A program made the translations under genes and the position numbers. A stretch of 34,928 bases of DNA from Octopus bimaculoides (taxonomy: Eukaryota), in assembly GCF_001194135.2 (NCBI RefSeq), contig NC_069010.1, forward strand, positions 9,800,293 through 9,835,220, given 5' to 3'. Positions 27,301 to 34,928 of the stretch are shown one piece after another. Position 1 is the first letter of the stretch, and every line of letters starts with the position of its first letter. The notes beneath the pieces are model-generated. The model searched no databases. It saw only the letters and a list, made by a program, of their open reading frames with translations, and was not told where the DNA came from.

Positions 27301-30300
27301 ATACGTAGCAATGATGCTCCCCCCCCCCACTACTCCTGCTCGTCATCAAAGATGCACATATCATCAGCCACTAAGGGACATTGCTCAAGTGGTTAGGGTG
27401 AAGCACCTATGGTATTGAGCGGAATATTTGCTATAACAATATTTCTGCTTCAGTAACTCATCCCATATATATATATATATGTGTGTGTATATGTATATTG
27501 AAAAATTAACGTCATTTGGTCACATTGCATGAGATTTATCTTGGTCAGTCTATGAACTTTCCAGCTGACTCTTGTAAATAATCTAAAACAACCAAATTAG
27601 CTACAAACCATTTGGCTGGGATAACCACAACATCAAAGTGACACCACAACCTCCAATTTTGTCTGTCTCTCTCTTTCTTATTCACTTTGTTCTGTTTTCT
27701 TTTGCAGTCCTTAATGAATGCATTTCACTGCTCTGAGGAAGAAAGGAGAAAAGATTTTGTCCTGCTTTTGTTGGTCATGAAAACCCACGACAGATACTTC
27801 AGTTCTGACAACGCTGACACCAACACCGTAAGTATTGCCAATAATCTTAACCCTTTAGTGTTCAGATTAATTTGTCAAAAGTAATCCTTATTTATTCACA
27901 TTTAAAAAAATTTATCTGATATTATTTTGCAGCTTCAAGATAGGAAAGATGTAATTGCTTATTTTTAGAATGACATTGCAGGGTAGGCGTGAGAGGCTGG
28001 TTCTGGCCAGTTTGAGCATAAAATGTGTTGAATATTTGGGCCGGATACAGCTGGTTTAAACACTAAAGAGTTAATGCCTTTATTCCATACCAATGCAACA
28101 ACACAACCACTGTAGCATCACCACTAAGAGAACTGGTAAAAAGTGGTCGAGTCATGTAAAGTAGTAACGTTGAAGGTGACCGAAGTGAAGAGGAAGTGGG
28201 GAAAGGGTGAGAAAGACAGGAGCATATCTGCCCTTGTCCTCATCGTTTCGGGGCTGATTTCATTTCACTCAACTCTAAAGGATGTTGTGTTTTTTTTTTT
28301 AACACAAAATGTTCGTAAAGGGATTTTTCCTGGACAAAAGCTGCTCTTTCTGAAATAGTATTGTAAAGTGGACATTATGATGATGATGTGTGCATATTTT
28401 CTTTTCAGGTTACGGAGACACCCGACAGCAGCACGAGTGGAAGCCAGCAGTCAAGTCTCCCCAACCCAATTGATATCCACGGATCAATGTTAGTCCAGAC
28501 GTTACTCAGGTTCTCCAGTCCGCAAATCATCGTCTCCAGTTTCCTCAGTCTCTCCGCTGAGATCCTCCTAGATATAGCTTGTGACTTTCATGGGCAACAT
28601 ATAATGAAACAGTTCTTTGAAAGCGCTTCTGTCTCAGACAAGGACAAAGACGATTTGCTCAATGTGTTTCACGTGAGTTCTTCTCTTTTTTTCTTTGAAT
28701 TATTAGAAGCAACCCTGGCGAACCCTGCTGTACTCTTCCACCACAACTTTCTCTCTCTCTCTCTCTCTTACTTCCTGTTTCTGTTGTACCTGTAATTCAA
28801 AGGGGTCAGCCTTGTCACAGTCTGTGTCACGCTGAATATCCCCCGAGAACTACATTAAGGGTACACGTGTCTGTGGAGTACTCAGCCACTTGCACATTAA
28901 TTACACGAGCTGGTTGTTCCGTTGATCGGATCGACTGGAACCCTCAACGTCGTAAGCGGTGGAGTGCCAACAACAACGAATAAATGAGCACTTTTGCATG
29001 ACATTCTTTTTAACACAAATTACTATTTGCATTAAAAGAATAAAACAGAAATAAACTGAGACTTTTCTGCGCTACTGCCAATTCCCATAATAATTTGACC
29101 CCAGATAATATAAACTGTAAACATTTCAGTAAGCAAACTCCTATTTAAGGGGGTCAAACAGTTAACTAACCATTTCTTTGTTTTTCTTTTCCTTTTTTAA
29201 ATCTCATTTTGCGATTAGCCCCTACTGTTGAGGATGGCTTGTTCCAAATTTGGCAGCCGAACATGTCAGTCGATGTGGCCCAACTTCAACATTGATCAGA
29301 GGGTCCGGGTTGCCAGGATACTGTCTAAGCAGAGCATCCACCTACGCAAGCACTGGTATGGGGCCTTCGTCTTTCACAACTTCCAGCTCCATTTATTCCT
29401 CAACAGCAACAAGCGGTGGCGGATGAGTCAGAGTTCAAAAGCCAAGAAACGGAAAGTCTTTGCTGATATCTTAGGTAAGTGGGGTTGTGTCCATGATGGG
29501 GGTTCAGTAAAAACATTGCACATTGCACATGGATGTGCACAGTGTTCCAGTTGAATTAACGATACAACCGTTGAAGGCGGCGAGCTAGCAGAAACGTTAG
29601 CATGTCGGGCGAAATGCTTCGTGGTATTTCGTCTGCTGTTACGTTCTGAGTTCAAATTTCGCCGAGGTCGACTTTGCCTTTCATCCTTTCGGGGTCGATA
29701 AATTAAGTACCAGTTACGCACTGGAGTCGATGTAATCGACTTAATTCCGTTGTCTGCCCTTGTTTGTCCCCTCTATGTTTAGCCCCTTGTGGGCAATAAA
29801 GAGACAAGTTGAATTAACGATACAATATCTAAGTATTTGCTGAACTAGCTTGCCACCACATTTCTTAAAAATCATGGTAGAAGCCTTGGTCTTGGGACCA
29901 CTCGTCTCTAGAAACTCAGGTTGTGGGTAAGTGGGGGCATGCTGCCCGTAGAAAATCCAGCTCCAAAAATGCCTCATGATAGCAAAAGAGAATGGGCACC
30001 AGCCAGCCCAAAGTTTGGGGTGAGCTGCACCTGCCTACCTGGGATTGCTATGGCTTTGAGGTAGATCTGGCCACCCCCCATTAACGGGGACAAAACCTGG
30101 ATTTAAAACACTAGATGATAATGATGATGTGTGCGTGTGTGTGTTTTTCTCTTTGTCTTTTTTCCTCCACCATCTCTTGACCATCAGTGTTGGTGTGTTT
30201 ACATCCCCATAACTTAACAGTTCAGCAAAAGAGACAGATAAAATAAGTATCAGGTTCTTCAAGGTGGTGCTCATTCTGTCAGTCTCTTCTGCTGAACCGC

Positions 30301-31081
30301 TAAGTTATGGGGGTCATAAACACACCAACATCAGTTATCAAGTGGTAGTGGATGTCAACCACACAGTCACACAGATCCACTCACAAGGCTTTGATTGGCC
30401 TGGGACTAAAGTAGAAGGCACTTGCCCAAGGTGTCACACAGTGGGATGGTACTGGGACACCCCCTCCCTGCCGCTACCACCCAAGCAGTCAGTATCCCCC
30501 CCCAGGATATTGTTCTTTCTTCATAATAAAAATGTGAAATTTTATAAAGAAAATTTTTAATATTTATTGATGTTGAGGGATTTTGTCCTGATACCAGTGG
30601 GACTGAACCCAGAAGCAAGTTTGTTTTTTTACCACACAGCCACATCTTCACCTAAACTGAAAATGTGTGTGTGTGTGTGTGTGTGTATGAACACACACTC
30701 TGTTTTCTTTGTTGTTTTGCTTTTATTTCAAAATTGTTTGTTTTCTGTCTCCAGACAAGAACAAGGCTGCCACGGTTTCAAATGAAGATAAAGGGGAAGA
30801 AGACATTGAACAGTGTGTAAGTAGCCTATCATGTTATGGATGGTGGTCATGTTTGGAAAGCTTGTAATTTAGTGGTATATGCTTTAAGTATGATGAGCAG
30901 GTTGCTATTTTGAACTAATACTGCTTGTGTTGTTCATAAAGAATTTTTTTTTTTTAAATATATTGTCATGAATGAATGAATTAATATGCTTCTTTCCATT
31001 CTCTTGCAGGACGAAGAATCGTCTGCAGAAAAGAGTCAACCCAAAACCAAAAAACTAAAAACCTCCAGTTCTGAGAAGTGA
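21272..31081 (+). CDS. NOP9: Nucleolar protein 9, PUF-repeat 40S biogenesis factor (whole gene, 11 coding exons, 668 aa)
   Basis: All 10 introns are GT-AG, phases are consistent and exons sum to 2007 nt. Nop9-type segments include SYYKRA, CTDRCASHVL, TDVYASHIVRV, NPVASYLAE, NGASSYVLHHVI, DIHGSMLVQTLL, CDFHGQHIMKQF, ACSKFGSRTCQSMW, HWYGAFVFHNFQL and the basic NLS-like KAKKRKV. Family assignment rests on recalled Nop9 motifs. Confidence 0.9.
21279..21332 (+). repeat. 18-bp coding tandem repeat x3 in NOP9 exon 1
   Basis: AGAAAGCGTCGATGTCTC twice, then AGAAAGCGTCGTTGTCTT. Confidence 0.95.
21831..22030 (+). mobile_element. Family A SINE (degraded); a further partial copy lies at about 21550-21670
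   Basis: GGTGAGCTGGCAGAATCATTAGCACGCCGG...AGTTCAAATTCC...GTCGACTTTGCC. Confidence 0.8.
22196..22362 (-). mobile_element. Family B SINE, 5' half
   Basis: Minus strand reads CAGGAGTGGCTGTGTGGTAAG...GGTTCAGTCCCACTGC...CTTGGGCAAGTGTGTCTTCTACTATAGCC...GTGGATTTGGTAGACGGAAACTGAAAGAAGCCCGTCG. Related fragments at about 5820-5930(+), 8570-8690(-), 9948-10040(+), 17200-17345(-), 24500-24580(-) and 30370-30650(-). Confidence 0.85.
22407..22934 (+). CDS. NOP9: NOP9 exon 2
   Basis: ttttag|GT IFLLNVLRQL...FCTDRCASHVLHK...ITDVYASHIVRVSLHVL...HKFQK G|gtaaat; 528 nt. Confidence 0.92.
23150..23530 (-). mobile_element. Degraded RTE LINE linker fragment in NOP9 intron 2
   Basis: Reverse complement resembles 32650-32880 (GAAGCAGA...CCAATGTTCTG...GTAGGAGAGAAATG...GATGGTTCA...CCACTAT). 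Confidence 0.7.
23649..23750 (+). CDS. NOP9: NOP9 exon 3
   Basis: tttcag|AC AKDFQLKIADDDENFIKCFLKISKHICALENIY T|gtaagt; 102 nt, phase 1 to 1. Confidence 0.8.
24704..24872 (+). CDS. NOP9: NOP9 exon 4
   Basis: ttttcaag|CA FFTHELANPVIQVLVHLTMELDQDVGKKLCSRIIKLCGFLDIPPIDPDTALIDPS AG|gtaagc; 169 nt. Confidence 0.85.
24901..25118 (-). mobile_element. tRNA-derived SINE, family A
   Basis: Reverse complement aligns with the 29568-29806 copy, roughly 90% identical by eye over the first 170 nt. Confidence 0.9.
25290..25870 (-). mobile_element. Tandemly triplicated RTE-like LINE C-terminal module
   Basis: Three copies of TTCTTGGTCT(A/G)CCC at 25456, 25612 and 25795. Minus strand reads RRPRGRPRTKWADNI, SRPGGRPRTTWLDNY and PKGRPR, preceded by IERSQLW...IRMSQE. 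Confidence 0.7.
26012..26201 (+). CDS. NOP9: NOP9 exon 5
   Basis: ttgcag|G LPDLMMNPVASYLAEELL...YAVNGASSYVLHHVIDRCVNKGM|gtgagt; 190 nt. Confidence 0.9.
26807..26855 (+). mobile_element. Family C SINE head fragment
   Basis: GGAGGTGCAATGGCCCAGTGGTTAGGGCAGCGG...ATAGGATCGCGGTTTC matches the head of the 11682 copy. Confidence 0.8.
27022..27150 (+). CDS. NOP9: NOP9 exon 6
   Basis: LKVIYAELEPYIEDILALNQMGVIKSLANICQKFGCKQKKFVN|gtgagt; 129 nt. Confidence 0.9.
27708..27827 (+). CDS. NOP9: NOP9 exon 7
   Basis: SLMNAFHCSEEERRKDFVLLLLVMKTHDRYFSSDNADTNT|gtaagt; 120 nt. Confidence 0.9.
27847..28074 (+). mobile_element. piggyBac-type MITE (TTAA target, CCCT terminus)
   Basis: TTAA CCCTTTAGTGTTCA ... TAAACACTAAAGAG TTAA, TIR match 12/14. 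The internal TTTTTAGAATGACATTG..GGGT is shared with 15451-15669. Confidence 0.75.
28409..28672 (+). CDS. NOP9: NOP9 exon 8
   Basis: VTETPDSS...DIHGSMLVQTLLRF...ACDFHGQHIMKQFFES...LLNVFH|gtgagt; 264 nt. Confidence 0.92.
28717..28978 (+). mobile_element. 5'-truncated family C SINE
   Basis: Aligns with 11818-12076, from GGCGAACCCTGCTGTACTCT to GTGCCAACAAC. Confidence 0.88.
29219..29474 (+). CDS. NOP9: NOP9 exon 9
   Basis: gattag|PLLLRMACSKFGSRTCQSMW...HWYGAFVFHNFQL...KAKKRKVFADIL G|gtaagt; 256 nt. Confidence 0.92.
29568..29806 (+). mobile_element. Full-length tRNA-derived SINE (family A) with 19-bp target-site duplication
   Basis: Head GGCGGCGAGCTAGCAGAAACGTTAG, B-box GTTCAAATTTC. Flanked by AGTTGAATTAACGATACAA at 29549-29567 and 29807-29825. 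Confidence 0.92.
30755..30816 (+). CDS. NOP9: NOP9 exon 10
   Basis: ctccag|AC KNKAATVSNEDKGEEDIEQC|gtaagt; 62 nt. Confidence 0.8.
31010..31081 (+). CDS. NOP9: NOP9 exon 11 (terminal coding exon)
   Basis: ttgcag|DEESSAEKSQPKTKKLKTSSSEK*; AATAAA follows at 31157. Confidence 0.82.
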   Translation, partial: DEESSAEKSQPKTKKLKTSSSEK

Positions 31082-31156
31082 AATTGTGAAATTAAAACAA
31101 AAATTATGATCTTGAATTAAATTTATATTTCTAATTAAAATTGTTTTTCCTTGATT

Positions 31157-31162
31157 AATAAA
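31157..31162 (+). terminator. Candidate NOP9 polyadenylation signal
   Basis: First AATAAA after the stop codon (75 nt downstream). Confidence 0.5.
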
Positions 31163-31984
31163 TTTTAGAGAAAAATATTTCTGAAAATGGAGTTTTGCAA
31201 AGGAAATGACACAAGATTGAGATGATTGGTAATTCACTGGGCTTAAGAAGACTTTTTCATATAATACCAAGGTTCCTAGCACATATCTATGGCATGGCTG
31301 TATCCCTGCACACAATCTGTCCCTGGCAACAGGCCTCACCCCAACAAATCATCTTTCTAACACCTCGCCCTCCCCTCTAACTTTCACAGTCCCCTTTACA
31401 TTCTCATGAACCTACTCCATGCAATATGTCCCTGATAAATCTCCCTCCCCCCCACTTAACATGTCTTTCTCGTAACCCCTTCCTCTACCTGTGTACATTC
31501 ACTGCGTTCCTTTCCTCCATTCCAGATCCCACTCCCTTTACCCAATCCTCTGTGCCACTTATATGGCCCCCTCCCCGTAACCCAAGGATGCGACCTAACC
31601 CATCTTCACCAACTTTTCCATCTCCCTGCTGCTCTTTTCTCTCTAAATGGGTTGCCAAGTATCTCTTCTACACCAACACATCTGGTCCCGTCCCTCTCTT
31701 CATCCTCTAACCCCTTTCCCTCCATCACTTGGCCCCAGACTGTTTCCCTCGCCACTTCTTCCGCCTCTGTTGAGGTGGGGGAGGTCTTGTCTTGCAAGCT
31801 CCTTGTTGATTCGTTGGTGCCAGTGTCATGTAAAACACATCTGCTATACCCTGCGTAGTGGCTGGCTTTAGGGAGCGCATCCAAACATTGAAGCCTTGTC
31901 AAAGATTGCAGAGCTGGGTGCTGCTGTTTTCTAGCTTGCAGGCGCCTGTCAAACCATCCAATTTCTACCCTCATGGAAGGCAGA

Positions 31985-33180
31985 TATGAGACTTCTATCT
32001 TTGTGGCTGGTGATTTCAGTGGACATGTTAAGCAGCATCCTAGTGATATCCATGAAGTCAGTTCTCAAGACGAGGAGGGAACTGGGCTACAGGAAGTCTC
32101 TGATGCCAATGACCTAATGATCTGCAAGACCAACTACAGGAAATCAACCGGTCACTTGATTACATATCATTCTGGTGACCACACAAGCCAGATTAACCAT
32201 GTTCTCACCAGAAAAGCGGGGTATACGTTTGTTCTTAAATGGAAGGTCTTTCCTGGTGAATAATGTACTCCTCGATATGGGTTGGTGATTAGGGACTTCA
32301 GATTTAGGACTAGGACACCAAGAAGCAAACCAGTCTGGAAATGAGGGGCCAGGGTGCTTTGAATAACCAGAAATTTAGAGATGTTCTAATTGAAGCATTT
32401 AATGAGAAGGAAGAATTAGACATGTAACATAGAGGATGACTGGAAATTCCTTTGAGATAGCCTGTTATGGGCCAAAGACCAAATTTGTGGCTGGTGCCAA
32501 GTTTCAGCCAGACTTAGGGTGACATGGTGATGGAAGAGTGTAGTTGACGGGGCCTTAAGAGCAAAGAAACATGTGGTAGGACTGGAAGAGCGGGGATTGT
32601 AGGGAGCTATGTCAGGTAGCTAGAAGTGAAGCTAGTAGGCATGTATATTTAGTTTGGGAAGAAGCAGAAAGAAAGAAGTCTACCAATGTTCTGTGAGGAT
32701 CAGAGGCATGAAATATTCCAGAGTACGAGACTGTCAAAGAAAATCATAATGTAGGAGAGAAATGCGTTTAGATGGATGATGGTTCACTGGCAGTTTGCGA
32801 CTCTGAATGGAAGTACCACTATGAAAGGCTGCTATATTTAGTAGAGAATGCATGGGAGAAAGAGAGATTGCTTAATGTGGATCGAACAGGAAGCAGCCAT
32901 CCGAATGGACAGCAGCTTGATAGATAAAGCAATTAAGGATATGAAGAGAAGGAAAGCCACCAGGAATCACCACTGAGATGCTTAAAATATCTGGCAGACT
33001 GTGTTGTGGTCTAGTTATGCGCATGGCTAATGAGGTTGTTCACGTAAAGGTGATGCCTGAGACAAATTGTTGGATGAGAACATGGAAGTTAATGGGAGGG
33101 TCGTAGCTCAATTAAATAGGAAGGGAGTTAGTCTAGATGAAATGCAGTTTGTTTTTGTGCCAGGGAGAAGCACGACTGGT
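31985..33180 (+). mobile_element. Degraded RTE-clade LINE fragment (endonuclease C-half, linker, start of RT)
   Basis: Broken frames give AGDFSGHV, DLMICKTNYRK, HLITYHSG, SQINHVLTRK, KVFPGE*CTPRYGLVIRDF, ICGWC..VTW*WK, AIKDMK, GITTEMLK and LDEMQFVFVPGRSTT, all typical RTE ORF motifs. Multiple stops and frameshifts. Confidence 0.85.
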
Positions 33181-33599
33181 GTAATAAAGGCAAGTATAAG
33201 GTATAGTATTAGGCAAGGTGAGGAGGAAAAGTGAAATGAATTCTTAAACATGGACAAAAGGAGGTAATAAAAATAAGTTTATCCATCGGTGCCAGAAGAA
33301 GAGGTGGGGATGAAGTGAGGAGGGAAGTGTGTTTGGCCCCTTGAAAATCATCTGAAGGCCGCTTCATAGAATTATCTCCTGGTTTAAGCACCCCATACAA
33401 CCTCTTCTGACTTTTGATATTTAGGGGAAGTTTTAGAAAATTTCTTTTGCGAATGTCTGATCTAAACATGAGAATTCATAACGATTATACAAAGAAAAAG
33501 AAAATTCTTTTACCCCCCTCCAACATAAATCCTAGACGTTCTACATTATCGTATATATATATTTTTTAAATCAGTGTTTAAAATACATGCAGTAAATGT

Positions 33600-34181
33600 G
33601 TTTAAGAGGAAAAGAAAAACATCAAGACATGCAAGAATGGCAAAGAAACGAGTAAGGTATCAGGTAGTCGTGAGATGTGCTGAAAAACCGCAAGCTACCT
33701 GGCCCTTAAATCACATACACACTCCCCATCACCAGAATCGTATGTAATCTCGTGTGTAGAACAGAAATTCGCAAAGATTTTCTGAAAATTCTAATCCAAA
33801 ATAAATATTTGAATGGGTGTAAAACAATGTGTAGGAAACGAATATGAAAAGAATGGGCGCAAAGCAACGGGGAGGTTGGAGAGAGGACTTCGGAAAATTC
33901 ACAAGATCCGAGCTTTTCCCTCGTAATTTTTAGGAAAATGGTTTTTTTTTTTTCAATGAAATTTCATAGAAATACCATTCAAACGGCATACGTTACGATT
34001 GTAAAGAAATTTGTGGGGGAAAATCTTTTCCAAAAGGGTGGAGGGAGGCCTTCGGAAAATTCACAAGATCCGAATTTTGCGGGTCAAGATGTAGGGGTTA
34101 ATGTTTAGGTTAGAAAAGGTTATTTATTTACTGTTACATTGTATATACCCCAAACCACGACGGGTTGGTATGTATAACTAG
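33600..34181 (+). mobile_element. Probable non-autonomous Helitron (3' end clear, 5' end uncertain)
   Basis: Imperfect hairpin ATACCCCAAACC-ACGAC-GGGTTGGTAT (34145-34171), then CTAG (34178-34181) followed by T. Internal direct repeat CTTCGGAAAATTCACAAGATCCGA at about 33888 and 34050. Confidence 0.5.
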
Positions 34182-34619
34182 TAGATGGAAAAGCTTGCAA
34201 GTTAAAAAGAAAAGTTAATTTCGGCCTCTATGTGTGTAGACGTAAGTAGTAACCCACAGATAAAGATAGAATGATGTAAGAGAAAAGAAATTGAGCAAAT
34301 AAAAGTTTATAGAGTGGAGGGATGTTGTGTCTGATAACCATCTTTCTCCTTTTATCCCCTAATGGTCACTGTGTCTACGTGTTCACCAACTCACTTCTCC
34401 AATAATAGAATTCGTTGGAGGTCTGTGATATCTATTCTAGCTATTGATGAAATAGAAGGGTCAAGTGGCGAACACATTATTTGGCTTAGGCTAAGGCATC
34501 TGGCAAATTTAATTGCTGTCAGAGAAAAACTATTTGTTTTACCGTGAGAAAAGTTCTGTTGATCTGTTAATTGGAATTTGGTTATCTTTTATTTTAAAAA
34601 ATGCACTTTTGAAGGTGCT

Positions 34620-34720
34620 AAACTGCATCAGTCCCCCTTTCTTTACAAACTGCATCAGACCCTTTCTTTACAAACTGCATCAGCCCCCTTTCGTTACAAA
34701 CTGCATCAGTCTCCCTTTGA
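34620..34720. repeat. 25-27 bp minisatellite, about 4 copies
   Basis: AAACTGCATCAG(T/A/C)CCC...TTTC(T/G)TTAC units are directly adjacent. Confidence 0.9.
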
Positions 34721-34928
34721 AAACAATAATAAACCAAGTGGTAACGATGTCTGGACAAAACAAAAACCATGTTAGTGTTTGTGTGAAACAAGTCAAAGCG
34801 TATTAAAACAATATCGTTTACTTACCTACTAAAATCACTGGATGTAGAGATCCAAGGATGTATAAGACCTCAGTTGCAAGACAGTTTTGTCCTTCAGCGA
34901 TCAATTTTTTGGCGCCCAAATTTTAAGC

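Noticed and set aside
34620-34720. CRISPR-like short repeat array (also considered 10881-11202 and 14259-14433)
   Set aside because: Units are contiguous or have related spacers, there are no cas genes, and the context is eukaryotic intron or intergenic DNA.
34820-34928. Perfect minus-strand donor AG|GTAAGT at 34826 suggesting another gene
   Set aside because: All three upstream frames contain stops and no downstream coding exons were found between 31100 and 34800.

Overview
Eukaryotic genomic DNA, very probably a coleoid cephalopod (Octopus-like). This is inferred from the tRNA-derived SINE families, RTE-type tails and dense microsatellites, not from a database match. The window has three assembly gaps. 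It holds two complete intron-rich genes in head-to-head orientation, which I reconstructed exon by exon with GT-AG sites and consistent phases. AFG3L2 (mitochondrial m-AAA protease) is on the minus strand: 19 coding exons, 1674-20086, 2403 nt, 800 aa plus stop. NOP9 (PUF-repeat nucleolar protein) is on the plus strand: 11 coding exons, 21272-31081, 2007 nt, 668 aa plus stop. Their start codons are 1185 bp apart across a CpG-rich region with NRF1- and ETS-like motifs. Bases 1-230 look like the last coding exon of a TRPC-family channel, converging on the AFG3L2 3' end. Introns and flanks are packed with SINEs (two with clear target-site duplications), RTE and CR1 LINE relics, a mariner foldback, piggyBac-type MITEs, a probable Helitron 3' end and tandem repeats. 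I found no prokaryotic-type system or CRISPR array and cannot claim a new biological system. The most notable items are two in-frame stop-free AFG3L2 introns, a GLPGTGKT Walker A variant, several long fold-back structures in the pre-mRNAs (candidate ADAR substrates), an 18-bp coding repeat at the NOP9 start and the shared promoter. Repeat boundaries are read by eye and are approximate unless a TSD or TIR is quoted.
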